64,000 bases of DNA, taken from Podarcis liolepis (Eukaryota). Of this stretch, positions 38,942 through 49,316 are shown in pieces (position 1 is the stretch's first letter; each line of letters opens with the position of its first letter). The notes under the pieces were generated by a model. It ran no database searches. It saw only the letters and a program-made list of their open reading frames with translations, and was not told the origin of the DNA. The stretch lies in NCBI GenBank assembly GCA_965112155.1, contig OZ218107.1, one strand, 5' to 3'. Made by a program: the position numbers and the translations under genes.

Positions 38942-41900
38942 CAGGACTTCCTTCGCAGACATGAGATTAGTACTTCAAGAACAGAAAATTTCAAAAACTC
39001 TGCCATAAATCAGCACCCACTTCCAGCCCTGGGCATGTATAAGGAAGGAAATAGCTCAGCTGGTAGAGCATGAGACTCATCTTAGGGTCGTGGGTTCGAG
39101 CCCCACGTTGGGCAAAAGTTTCCTGCATTGCAGGGGGTTGGACTCAATGGCCCTTGTGTTCCTTCCAATTCTACAGTTCTATGATTCTAAGCTTTTAAAA
39201 ACAATCTGATTCATGTCAACTGTTAAATTCCATTTAGCTGCATAGTGGAGGTTTTACAGATGGGTAGGGCACAGTCACTACGAAGCAGATACCCAGTGCA
39301 GGTCCAATCTAATGAATGCTGGGCACAGTTAAGTATGGGAACCTCTATCCAAGGGATTAAGATAGCAGTTTCAGGAGTCTGCAGCAGGTTTCAACTGTGC
39401 ACAGTTCCAGTGGACTAGCTTATATAAGAAGAACCCATCCCCTGAATAGTTTTTACTTCTCTTGTAATATTGAAGAAAAAAATCATTTAACACATAACTG
39501 TTTAAATTAATAAATGCATGCGTGGCATTTTAAAAAGTAAGAGCAGGCATACAGCTCCCTGAAGTATGGTGGTGAGACAAAACTGACAACTTGAAGCATT
39601 TTTTAAATTCATTCATTACTATGTTATTTTTACTGTGAACAAGAGAGGTAGCTGGCTTGCTCCACAGGAGTGCAGCGAAGTTGTTTAGACTTCCTGTTTT
39701 AACATTAAATCTGTGTAAGGAGGCAGTATTTTTTCTTCTTCAGTTTCAATTAGGAATGAGCTATTATTATTCATGAGGTGTAGCAGAGTCTGGAATGATA
39801 TAAAATTTGAGGCTAATGAAGGACATGCCATCTAGCAGTAGAAACTGCTTTCTAAATGCTGAATCTATTTGTCCTTGTATCCCAGTCTTATCTCTTCTGA
39901 CTGGCAACAAACAGTTCTTCAGGGACTTGGGCAGAGGTCCTTCTAACGTTCTACTAATCTGGGGCCTTCTCTATTCAAAGCATGTACTTTTATTGCCGAG
40001 CTGTTATCTCTCCCCTGAATAAATAAAATAATGACGAGTAACATAGAAACTGGATTTTCCAGTCCATTTTGTAAATACTGTACTTATATTTGATGTTTGA
40101 TTTAGGTTATTGCGAGACGTATTCAGCAAGAGTTGCCTTTCATGTGTACAGAAAATATTATCATGGCTATGGTGAAAGCTGGGGGCAATCGCCAGGTATG
40201 TACCTAACTAGGCTCTCATTTACAGGCCCTTAAGGGGACTTTTCATGCCAGGAAGTAGAGGGGTTGGAAGAAAGTTGTGACACCAGTATCTTGAACTCTT
40301 TGCTGTTTCACAATCTAGCCCTGTTGTTATGCACATCCTCTTTCTCTCATCATGTTGCATATTTCTAAATTTTACAAGTTCAGCTACCAGGGAAGGCATT
40401 AGTTTTGTTTTATCACCAGTTTTAGTGTCACTATATTAGTATTTTAAGCAGAGATGGAACATTGCAATGTGCCTATCTTTTTCAAATTAATTATTATAAT
40501 ACTGAATGAGGATGCTTTTGGAAATAACTTATAAAATTCAGCACTAAGGTTGTTTAAACTGTGGTTCAGCACTAACTCATTCACTTCTTTACCCAAGATC
40601 CCTGCTGCCTCTAGATTTGTTTTCTTAGTATCATATGAATGTTAGCGATTAGACAAATTGTCACCCTACACATTTTTTTAAAGAGAAGTCTGAAATAATT
40701 TTTGTTTGTTGCATTGTTTGCTGCTACTTTTATCTTATTTCTGTACTTGTTATGCTCCCTTGATGCATCTAGAACTGAGAAGTTATTGAGACAATATTCT
40801 GCAGTGATCGGCTACACAAAATACTGAAAGTTTCAGAAGAGGATGGAATTTTGCTATTTCTTATTGCAGTTTGTGTGTAATTAAAAAGAGAACTATTATG
40901 AATGGACTGAATGATAAAAAGACCCACTGAAGAGAGAATTCAGGCATTGCAACAATTCTGTCACACACAGTTCAAATGTTGTTCATTTCCAGGTAGTCTA
41001 GCTCAGCCTCTTTTTGATGAGTTCCTGCACTCCATCTTAGGACCAAGACCAATTCAGATTTACTATGGCTTAAATACTAAGCCACTTCCCCCACTACACT
41101 CTTTTCCCTTTTCCTTCCTGACTATATTCTGACATTTTGGTTGGCCTAATAGATACAGCCCTACAATGGATTTTGGATTTTTTTATCGTGAGCCACAACT
41201 ACATTAGCTTTTTGTAAATCCTGTATATGATACTTAGGATGTTTACCGTGTTTGCTGATGGTTTGTAATGTGATGTTGACTTCTTTTTCATAGGATTGTC
41301 ATGAGAAGATAAGGGTTCTGTCCCAGCAGGCAGCTGCTGTTGTGAAGCAAGAAGGGGGTGATAATGACCTCATTGAGCGTATTCGTGCAGATCCTTATTT
41401 CAGCCCTATTCATGGAGAACTGGAATCTCTTTTGGAGCCCAAGTCCTTTACTGGACGTGCTTCCCAGCAGGTAAGAACAAGAAAGTTCTTATGAGGTTGC
41501 CGTGGACTCTAGTCCACCTAAAGCTTTATATTCTCTACCTGTGACTGTTTCTTTCTTTGTCTTTCTTTGTAACCTTTCTCACTCCATTTGAAAAAAATTC
41601 ATCTATTACCCCTTGTTTTTGTTTCTTCTGCCATAAGCTCCCCTGTGAATGAACCACTTTCCCCCTCCTTATTCTATTTAGACATTCCCTTCATCCATTG
41701 CTACCCAACCTTCCTCTAACTACATATTCCTGCCTTTTTATTTAATTGCCTGCCCCACCCTGACTTACTGGTTCAGTGCAGATTGTAGTCCAGTAGCCTG
41801 TATCAGCCAGTTCTTCATTTACCAGTTAAGCAAAGCTAGGCTTTAACAGGAGCGGTTTGAGAAAGATTCTTGACATATCTCCCATATCTGGAAGAATTCA

Positions 41901-42184
41901 CTTTCTGTACTTCTAACATTTCCTTTTCATTGTTAATGGTGTGCTTTGGGTGGGGACAAATCTAGTCTTTGCCTTATCCGGTTCCTGCATGTTCTGAGTT
42001 ACAGGGAAGTGTGCAGAATAGAGTAATTGGTTAATATGCTAAGGCTAAACGAGTAGTTATTCTTTTAATGCCTTTTTCCTCCCTTCTTCCATAACAGGTA
42101 GCAAGATTCCTAAAAGAAGAGGTCCACCCCGTGCTTACCCCTTATAAGAGCAAGATGGATGTGACAATGGAGCTGTCTCTTTGA
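26656..42184 (+). CDS. ADSL: adenylosuccinate lyase, complete 13-exon gene, 481 aa
   Basis: Exon lengths 144+204+45+80+172+47+91+70+148+91+90+177+87 = 1446 nt in one frame. Motifs [46 protein letters not shown] and the fumarate-lyase signature GSSAMxYKRNP are present. Confidence 0.98.
27147..27356 (+). mobile_element. Tc1/mariner-type MITE (CAGTGGTACCTC family), ADSL intron 1
   Basis: TA|CAGTGGCACCTTGGGT ... ACCCGAGGTAACCACTG|TA. Confidence 0.88.
29460..29560 (-). mobile_element. L2-type LINE ORF2 C-terminal fragment
   Basis: Minus-strand peptide [20 protein letters not shown] matches the LHWLP...FK motif typical of L2/CR1-clade ORF2 ends. Confidence 0.65.
31173..31376 (+). CDS. ADSL: ADSL exon 2
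   Basis: ttgtag|TCA...ACG|gtaaaa; [14 protein letters not shown]...GDNT. Confidence 0.95.
31428..31668 (+). mobile_element. Tc1/mariner-type MITE (CAGTGGTACCTC family), ADSL intron 2
   Basis: TA|CAGTGGTACCTCGAGTTAC ... GTAACTAGAGGTACCACTG|TA. Confidence 0.92.
32081..32125 (+). CDS. ADSL: ADSL exon 3
   Basis: gttag|GAC...AAG|gtaag; [15 protein letters not shown]. Confidence 0.93.
32701..32780 (+). CDS. ADSL: ADSL exon 4
   Basis: gctag|CTT...CA|gtaagt; [26 protein letters not shown]. Confidence 0.95.
33044..33215 (+). CDS. ADSL: ADSL exon 5
   Basis: ttcag|G...AAA|gtacgt; [10 protein letters not shown]...FEGDHDK. Confidence 0.95.
33694..33740 (+). CDS. ADSL: ADSL exon 6 (GAG acceptor)
   Basis: cctgag|GTG...CG|gtatgt; [16 protein letters not shown], 47 nt. 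Confidence 0.88.
34424..34514 (+). CDS. ADSL: ADSL exon 7
   Basis: ttcag|C...AAG|gtaag; [14 protein letters not shown]...VHK. Confidence 0.95.
35290..35359 (+). CDS. ADSL: ADSL exon 8
   Basis: tccag|ATA...G|gtaag; [23 protein letters not shown]. Confidence 0.95.
36047..36209. mobile_element. hAT-superfamily MITE with internal 22-bp tandem repeat
   Basis: Perfect 17-bp TIR CAGTGGCGTAGCGTGGG/CCCACGCTACGCCACTG; 8-bp TSD CTGGTTAC at 36039-36046 and 36210-36217. Confidence 0.93.
36620..36750. mobile_element. short (~130 bp) old MITE, related copies at ~51993-52116 and ~58858-58979
   Basis: Shared layout ggggaacct..gatgtt..ggact..ctccca..gggagtt..acatctggagg..caggtt..cccctg. Confidence 0.55.
36987..37214 (-). 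mobile_element. Tc1/mariner-type MITE (CAGTGGTACCTC family), inverted relative to the 27147 and 31428 copies
   Basis: TA|CAGTGGTACCTCGGGTTAC ... GTAACCCGAGGTACCACTG|TA; internal blocks are the reverse complement of those in the other two copies. Confidence 0.92.
37385..37532 (+). CDS. ADSL: ADSL exon 9 (signature/catalytic Ser loop)
   Basis: tacag|GT...AG|gtac; [25 protein letters not shown]...[12 protein letters not shown]. Confidence 0.95.
37717..37885. mobile_element. Tc1/mariner-type MITE (CCGTATTTTT family), short form
   Basis: TA|CCGTATTTTTTGCACCATAAC ... GTTATAGAGCGAAAAATACGG|TA. Confidence 0.88.
38563..38653 (+). CDS. ADSL: ADSL exon 10
   Basis: cacag|G...AAG|gtaag; [30 protein letters not shown]. 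Confidence 0.95.
38909..38940. repeat. (AC)n microsatellite
   Basis: direct reading. Confidence 0.95.
39044..39189 (+). mobile_element. tRNA-Lys-derived SINE with CR1-type 3' tail
   Basis: TAGCTCAG..GGTAGAGCATGAGACTC..AGGGTCGTGGGTTCGAGCCCCACGTTGGGC (tRNA-Lys-like, anticodon arm deleted), then GGGGTTGGACT..CCTTCCAA..TTCTATGATTCT. Confidence 0.85.
40106..40195 (+). CDS. ADSL: ADSL exon 11
   Basis: tttag|GTT...CAG|gtatg; [30 protein letters not shown]. Confidence 0.95.
41294..41470 (+). CDS. ADSL: ADSL exon 12
   Basis: catag|GAT...CAG|gtaag; [40 protein letters not shown]...FTGRASQQ. Confidence 0.95.
42098..42184 (+). CDS. ADSL: ADSL exon 13 (last coding exon)
   Basis: aacag|GTA; [31 protein letters not shown] at 42182-42184. 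Confidence 0.93.
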   Translation, partial: VARFLKEEVHPVLTPYKSKMDVTMELSL

Positions 42185-42229
42185 ATTAGTATTCAATTAG
42201 TATTTCATTAGGGTATTTGTGGGGAAGAT

Positions 42230-42235
42230 AATAAA
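42230..42235 (+). terminator. ADSL poly(A) signal (short 3'UTR)
   Basis: AATAAA about 45 nt after the stop codon. Confidence 0.65.
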
Positions 42236-43267
42236 ATATATTTCAAAACAGACGTGATATGTGAACTGAGTCTTAGAGGTTTTTGTGGCAAGTCTAGGAA
42301 ATCTTAAGGACACGTAACATTTCTGGGAGAAGGATATGCAGTTGAATTAAAGCTAAAACTTGTATTGCAATTGTCATGGGGTGTGGAGCTGGAATTTGCA
42401 AAAGCAATTGTTGGTTGAAGTGGGAGATCTGAAGGATAAAGTGTAGTGCTTCTGGGTGTACAGTGTCTTCAGCTTCCTGGCTATAAAACGGGAGTGGCTG
42501 ACATACAAAGAGATGAAGCTATTTTATGGTTAGACCGAGCTGCTCTGAAATTATAGAGGTTGGTGCAACTTCAAAGAGTTCATGCACACAAACAAATATT
42601 GGACTCTTGTTATAAATCACTCATTTCATTCATGGTTGTTACATCGTTCCTGAGGCAGAAATGTTAGAAATTGTTTTAAGCACAGGGTTGGAATCAGAAA
42701 GCAAGGGGGCATTTTACTCCTAGGGTTGCATTGTTTAGTAGAAGAGGAATGAATGCCTCTTCTCTCTCAGATAGAAAGGAATTCCTGCTAGGATGTGCTA
42801 TATGGTTCCCATCTCTCAAAGCAAGAAATAATTCATTTCCCCATGAGAACTGTTATTCATATAGGATTTTACACAGATTTAATCAATTGATCAGTTAAAA
42901 GTCACACAATTATGTATTTTACTGAGTTGGTTTTATAAGGGCCTGCAAGGGGCGCCAGAGTAGCCGGGAACTGCTGTAGGGAAAGGAACGTAGAAGAATG
43001 GAGGTGCAGAAAAGTAAATATAGTCTGTAACATTCTTTGTCAGCAAAGTATGAGAGTAACACGAGAGACTTATAGGAAGCTTAGAGAAAGAAACTAGTCA
43101 CACTGCACAGCTGGTCTTGTTTATTTCCCTCTTTCTCCTTCATTTTACGCTTTTGGAGGAATAAAAGTATGTCACATTTTCCGGAGAGTCACGAGGTGTC
43201 TGTATTCATTTGAGCTCCGGCACTGGGCTTGGAAGGAGGTGGGGCCGAGGGCTCGGTTTAACCAGAT

Positions 43268-43425
43268 TTAAGAACATAAAGAGAGCCCTGCTGGTTCAGA
43301 CCAAAGACTTCTTTGGAACAGCATCATGCTTCCCTCACTGGCTGAGTAGTTGCCCCTGGGAAGCCCACAAGCAGGACATGAGCACAATAGTCCTCTTTCC
43401 TGCTCATGAGCCCCAGCAATTGGCA
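43268..43425 (-). mobile_element. CR1 LINE 3' end fragment
   Basis: aagaacataaagagagccctgctggttcagaccaaag...gggaagcccacaagcaggacatgag pattern typical of squamate CR1 3'UTRs. Confidence 0.6.
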
Positions 43426-44399
43426 GGCAGACTAGATTCCTGCATTGTAAACAGATCCCCTCATCTTCAGATCCCATCACATGACACGAGAACTAAAGTT
43501 GTGGGAAACACTAGTATGCAATCTTGGACTATACAGGGCGTGGCTACATTGCAGGGCTGTTGTAAATCAGCAGGTCAGCCTCAGCTCCACCTCCAACTTG
43601 CTATTTTATGAGCATGCTGCATAACAGGGTGTGCTATGCCTCAGTTGCTGAGCTGCCCCAATTTGCAGCATGAGGATAAACAATAGTAGATCACATTGCA
43701 AGGGATGTGGAGAGCCACCCTCTCTCAGCAACCCACTTGCAATATAGGGATTTGCATTTTCAGCCCAGTCTTTTTTTAATCATAATAAAAAAGTTTAACA
43801 CTGTTGTTGCTATTTATTTTTGAAATGCCTTTCATACGTGTGCATTTTACAACCATAAAGTAAAACAACTAAAATAGGTTTAATAACAATACAAATATCA
43901 ACCTAAAGAAAAATTAACCCAGCTGGGAAAGCTTCTCCAACCAAGGGTGTCTTCCGTTGTTTCAGAAAACGAAAAGTAGCAGGCATGCTGCTACTTAGGG
44001 ATGCTGTTTCAACAAGATGGGCAGCCGCACTCAAAAGCCCTGCTTTGGGGTGCAATGGAGCAGGCTTATAATTTAGGAAATCCAGGGAGAAGCAATAGCT
44101 GCTGTATTATTTTATCATATTAATTTCGGACAAAATAAGAACAGAATTGGAAAACAAAATGAACGCCGTTCTTGATTATATATTTTCTCCCTTTGGGTGG
44201 AGGGCACCGGACAGAATGAGCTGCACAGTCACAGTTTAAACGCTGATAGTTCTTTAAGGGCAGTCGTCACTTTTACTCCGCTGACAAGTAGTCCCGTTTT
44301 TAAAACAATAAAATCGGCTGCAATCCTAACCGCCTCTTCTCTGAACTAAATCCTGCTAAATCCAAGGAGTTGCTCCCAGGCAAGTGGGGCCAGGGTCAG

Positions 44400-45090
44400 G
44401 ATTGCAGGCGGCAGCAGCAGCCTTCGTCCCCTTTGAATACCGATGCTTAGAGTCGAAGATTCTAGCGACTACGGTTCCCGTGATGCTCTGCGGCGTTGGC
44501 GTCACGGTCGCGGTGGGGCTTTGGTTGCTGCGCATGCGTCGTGGGTTCGGTAGGCGCTGACGGGAACTAGATGCGGGGAAGAAGTGGAGGAAGGCTGAAG
44601 CCGTGGACGAAGGTGAGCGCCTGGAGTCCGTATGGATGGGCGGGCGGGCGGGCAGGCAAGAGGGACGGGTTGCTGGTGGGTGGAGACAAGAGGGGAGCAG
44701 GCAAGGGGGTTTGTGTAGAGAGAGGAGGAGGAGGAAGCAGCAGCAGGCGGGGACCCCCGAGAACAGGCGTCCTGTTTGCGTGTGTGGATGGACGGAGTGG
44801 CTGAGGGTCAGGCCCCCCCCCGATGTGGGTGGCCGACTGAGGGCCGGAGCCTTAAAAGAATTGCCCCCCCCCCACGCCCAGGTGAAGGCAGGTGGAAGAG
44901 AGGTGGCCATAAATCAGGTGGGGGGGGCGCTGAAAGGGTCACATGACGTAGATCTGGTTTGGGGAGACGGTTAGGAATCCCCGCACCTTTCGCCTTTCCT
45001 CCCCCCCCCCCCTGCGAAATTAAGGTCTTGTTCTCGGGCTGGCCGTGAGGGAAACGCTGCCACTGTAGTAGGAGAGGCACTGTTTCGGTG
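44400..45090 (+). promoter_or_regulatory. SGSM3 CpG-island promoter with non-coding exon 1 ending at 44612
   Basis: CpG-rich. ZNF143/THAP11-like motif ACTACGGTTCCCGTGATGC at 44468-44486, NRF1 motif TGCGCATGCG at 44529-44538, strong donor AAG|gtgagc after 44612. Confidence 0.78.
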
Positions 45091-46959
45091 AAGCAAAGCT
45101 GTTATGCCTGATAGCAGACCATCTGGTGTAAATGGAAGCCGGCAGAGAGGGTGTCAGCGTTGTATCTGCTTCTTCCTCTCCCAAAACTCAACAGGCTAAG
45201 AAGGTGGACACCAAGGTCTGGACTAGTTTATCCTTTATTGATGAGGCTCACATGTCTTGTCATGCCCTTGCGATGGCCAACTAAAATTCACAAAGTAGCC
45301 AGCAAGCTTTTGCATTCTCCAGAAAAAGTGTTCTTCAGGCTAGCTTTTACCCAAAGTGGACAAGGAAAACGGTGTGTGTGGGGGGGGGGGAGAGGTATTA
45401 TTTTAAAAGCCCCCAAATCTGCAGTTTGTAAGATGGAGGGTCAGGAAGGGTTATGCATGTTTAATTAGATTAGAATGTGTTTTTCAGCTAGTATTTTCTA
45501 ATCTAATTAAAGTCTGAATAATGTTATTAAACTACAATGGATTTTGGATTCCCCCTCCACAGATCAACAGAGCAATCCATAGGTAAGGGGTGGGGGGAAA
45601 GACAGTTGAATGTATGACCAGCTATAAATAGGTAACCCAATTTTCCTACCATTGACTTCTTATGTTATCAGTGTATTATACATGCTTCTCTTTTGCCTTG
45701 CTCCTTTAAATAAGTGTGTGCTAACTAGTTTGTATTATTGAGAATATTATGTAGAGGAGACTAGAGTGATATTTTGTATGGGATGCCTTTAAACAGAAAT
45801 TGATTTTTAGCATTTCATAAGGGAAATATCTGCTGTTGTAAGAAGGGCACGTGTAACCTAGAATAATTCTATTGCATTCACACATGTCCCACTTGATGGC
45901 ACTGTCAGGTGTCGCTTGACATAGAACATCCTGTGCAATGCTTTTCTCTTTCCTCTAATTATCTCTCCCCTGTTTCTGAAGCTTTTGTGTCCCTCTATTA
46001 ATACTTTCCTTTTCTAACATGTTTATATCCTATCCAATTTTTCTAGAAGGGTGTATGGAGAAACAAGGTTTCAATGAATACAACAGTCCATAAAGCAAAA
46101 TCTTCTATTCCTTTAGCACTGTACTGTGCGCAGGACTGTCCCAAATGCATATGGGGGTCAGTGTGTACTGGTGCTGTGAGGCAGGTTTGGTTTTGTCTGC
46201 CCCTCTCCCAACCAAATTCCTGTTTGTACATAACCACTTTGCTTGCCTAGGCTTTCCTCCCTTTTTGTGCCCTCCATTCACTATAATGACACTCTGGGAT
46301 ATCGCTAATCCTATTACAAGTATGTAGCTTGAGGTTTAGAACTTGCCAGAATTGTACCCACATTATGAATTCTAATCAGTCTACTGGAAGAAAAATAATC
46401 CAGATCAAGGATATTGAATCTCAGAAGCTATTGCTTCATCTGAGTTTCATTATCTTAAGTTACACTGATTACCTAAACTAATGCCAGGTGCTGTTGTAGA
46501 TGGCAGTTTCATTTTATAAAAAGGGCATGCTCCATCTGGAGTGATACCAGTATTTTTTAATATTTCATTGAAAGATTAATTGTTGTGCTTTGATGACTCA
46601 CAGGACCACACTGCAGTTTTCTGACTCATTTCCCCCTTCCCCCAAAGCATTCATGATTTGTTTGTTTGTTTCCTTGCATGTTCCCTGTTCATTTTTTGTT
46701 TCCCTTTCTTTCAACTTTTCTAGTTCTCAGTCCTGTAATGTGATCTGTTTTCTCCTTTGAAGTAGCTGATTGCTTGCAAGTGACCAAATCATGTGATCTT
46801 TCCGTTCTAACAGACCGACCCTATGCCTGTTTATCCAGTAATAAGTCCTAGTGAGTTCAGCTGGAGTTGCTGTTAAATTAACTGTATCATAACAGCTGTT
46901 CTTTATTCTGTGTGACTTACTTCCAAGTAAATGTAGACTTGCTATGCTACATGCAGTTA

Positions 46960-47048
46960 GGCTGCAGTCCTAATCCCACTTAAATGGGAGTGTGCCCTAC
47001 TAAATTCAATTGTACTTACTTCTGAGTAGACCTGGTTAGGTTTGGGAC
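46960..47048. repeat. short palindromic squamate interspersed repeat (related copies at ~44317-44408 and ~50467-50540)
   Basis: ctgca(a/g)tcctaa..ccac..gggagt..gacttacttctgagtagac..ggttagg layout. Confidence 0.6.
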
Positions 47049-48953
47049 TAAGCTCATAGAACCCAATAGGATTTATTTTTGAGTAACCATGCGTGGAAGT
47101 GTTCTGTGTTGATGTATTCCTTGCCTTAAGTGCTGCTTACGATAGAATCTAGTGTTGTGCACTCTCACAATGCAACTTGCCCGTCTTCTTTTCTCCACTG
47201 CGCCCCCTACACTAAACTGCTCTGGAGGGTTAGGGGATGCTCTTAAGCAGATTTGGAACTCATAGTGGACTGCAGGGGCAATGGGAGGAAGGGGAGGTGT
47301 CTCTTGGCACAAGTGAAGTTTGTTCCACTTGTAAATGCACACCATTGGGCTCAACTCTGTGCCTTGGATAAGGGTCAATTTCAGGGGTTCCTAGAATTAG
47401 AATAAACAAAGGCTTTTATAAAGGTCCTTAAGTAAGAAAACTAGAGAAGTGAAAATGCATTGGAGTCCGAGGGACACAAATGTCTGAGTTTATGTGAGAA
47501 AGTTCTTCTGAAGTGGTGTATTTTTGGTATTTCCAAAATACCAAGGGTAGTTGATTTTCAGCAATTGCTGTATTTTGATTACAGAATTACAGCTTTCTGT
47601 TTAATTATCCCATGTTTTGCTTTGCAACAGTCTATTGTAGTGATGTGTGAGGCAATATATTATTGTCCAGGTAACAAGGCAAAAAGTAATGTAATGTTTG
47701 GGACTGAACATCCGTGAGTCATTGAAGGTGCCAAAAGTCTCTCTGCAGGAGTTAGGGATGTTTGACTTTAAGCATTTCTCACTTGGGGACATGTTACACG
47801 TGGGATTCTGTAGAGTTAAATATGAAAACATGTTCAGCAATCCACATTGGTTGTGTCCCTTTAAAACTTCATACAAAATCCCTTATGCACTGTAAGTAGC
47901 ATATTGCTTTAATAAACCCTCAGGAAAAAATATTCATTTAACAAATCAAACCACAACAGATATTCTCCTGATCCTACCCTTGCCTCTCTTATCTGTTACT
48001 GCCCTGTTGCAGGTGTGTATGCTTTACCTAGAATTGGCATTAATTCTTCAAGTTAATATTTGATTTCTGAATGGGGAGGAGCTCTTCTTAGCTTTACTAA
48101 ACAATAGAGAAGTAGACATTCATGACAGATGGGATAAGAATAGGTGTAAGGAGTGGCCTTAACACTTCTTTCAGTTGACATAACCTTCCCTTTTTCACCA
48201 TGCTACGTAGCTTGAGTTTTTACAAATTCCACGTGTCATGTTGAACAACTTTTATTGTTTGCATGGGCCTAGCTCACTCTAGGAAACGCCTAAAGACTGA
48301 GGGCTATTAAAATGTTACTCTATAGTGAATCAGTTGCTTGCCTCTCATGTCTATATTTTAATACCTTTTTAATATCTATTTTAAAGGAAATATTTCATTT
48401 TTTAAAAAAAGAAACTTACTATCCTTAAATCATCTTCTAAAAAACTAACTGGAAAATTACATAAAATGGCTACAAAATTTAAACAACCACCAGCTTTATA
48501 ACATCAATAGTTTCTGCTTTCACAAGCATTGTTCCTGTTTTGGTATCCCTGGCATCAGCAAATCAGCTGTGACTTTATTTCTGTATTTATTCCTCTATTA
48601 CTAATGTGTTTTAGTTGTTTGTCTTGGCCATTCTTTCACTAACATTTTTTGGTTACATTTACAAATGTTTGCAAGAATTTTGGATTCTGCTAATAAATTG
48701 TCAAGCGTTGCTCTTTAAAAAAAATAAAATTTCTTCAATTCTTCAGCAAAATAACCTCTATAGTGAACTCCAAAACATCTTATACATTCCTTGATAACTC
48801 CTGGAGGATATTTCCAATATATTGTATTACTTTGTCACCAAATATATAAGAATTCTGCATTGCTAGTATGCAGCACTAATTTTGTTGCCTTCCAGGATCT
48901 CCCCTCCCGCATTCTGAAAGTGTAGCAAGAATGAAAGAACTTAATATTTGGTA

Positions 48954-49316
48954 AGGTAAAGGTAAAGGTACCCCTGCCCGTACGGGCCAGTCTTGACAGA
49001 CTCTAGGGTTGTGCGCCCATCTCACTTAAGAGGCCGGGGGCCAGCGCTGTCCGGAGACACTTCCGGGTCACGTGGCCAGCGTGACAAAGCTGCATCTGGG
49101 GAGCCAGCTCAGCACACGGAAACGCCGTTTACTTTCCCGCCAGTAAGCGGTCCCTATTTATCTACTTGCACCCAGGGGTGCTTTTGAACTGCTAGGTTGG
49201 CAGGCGCTGGGACTGAGCAACGGGAGCGCACCCCGCCGCGGGGATTCGAACCGCCGACCTTTCGATCGGCAAGCCCTAGGTGCTGAGGCTTTTACCCACA
49301 GCGTCACCCGCGTCCC
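48954..49316 (-). mobile_element. Sauria SINE, second subfamily, full length
   Basis: Minus-strand 5' GGGACGCGGGTGACGCTGTGGG, B-box GGTTCGAATCC, (ACCTTT)n tail, 12-bp TSD TAATATTTGGTA at 48942-48953 and 49317-49328. Confidence 0.93.

Noticed and set aside
39051-39113. Apparent tRNA-Lys gene
   Set aside because: The anticodon arm is deleted, the acceptor stem is broken and it is fused to a CR1-type tail, so it is a SINE head rather than a tRNA.
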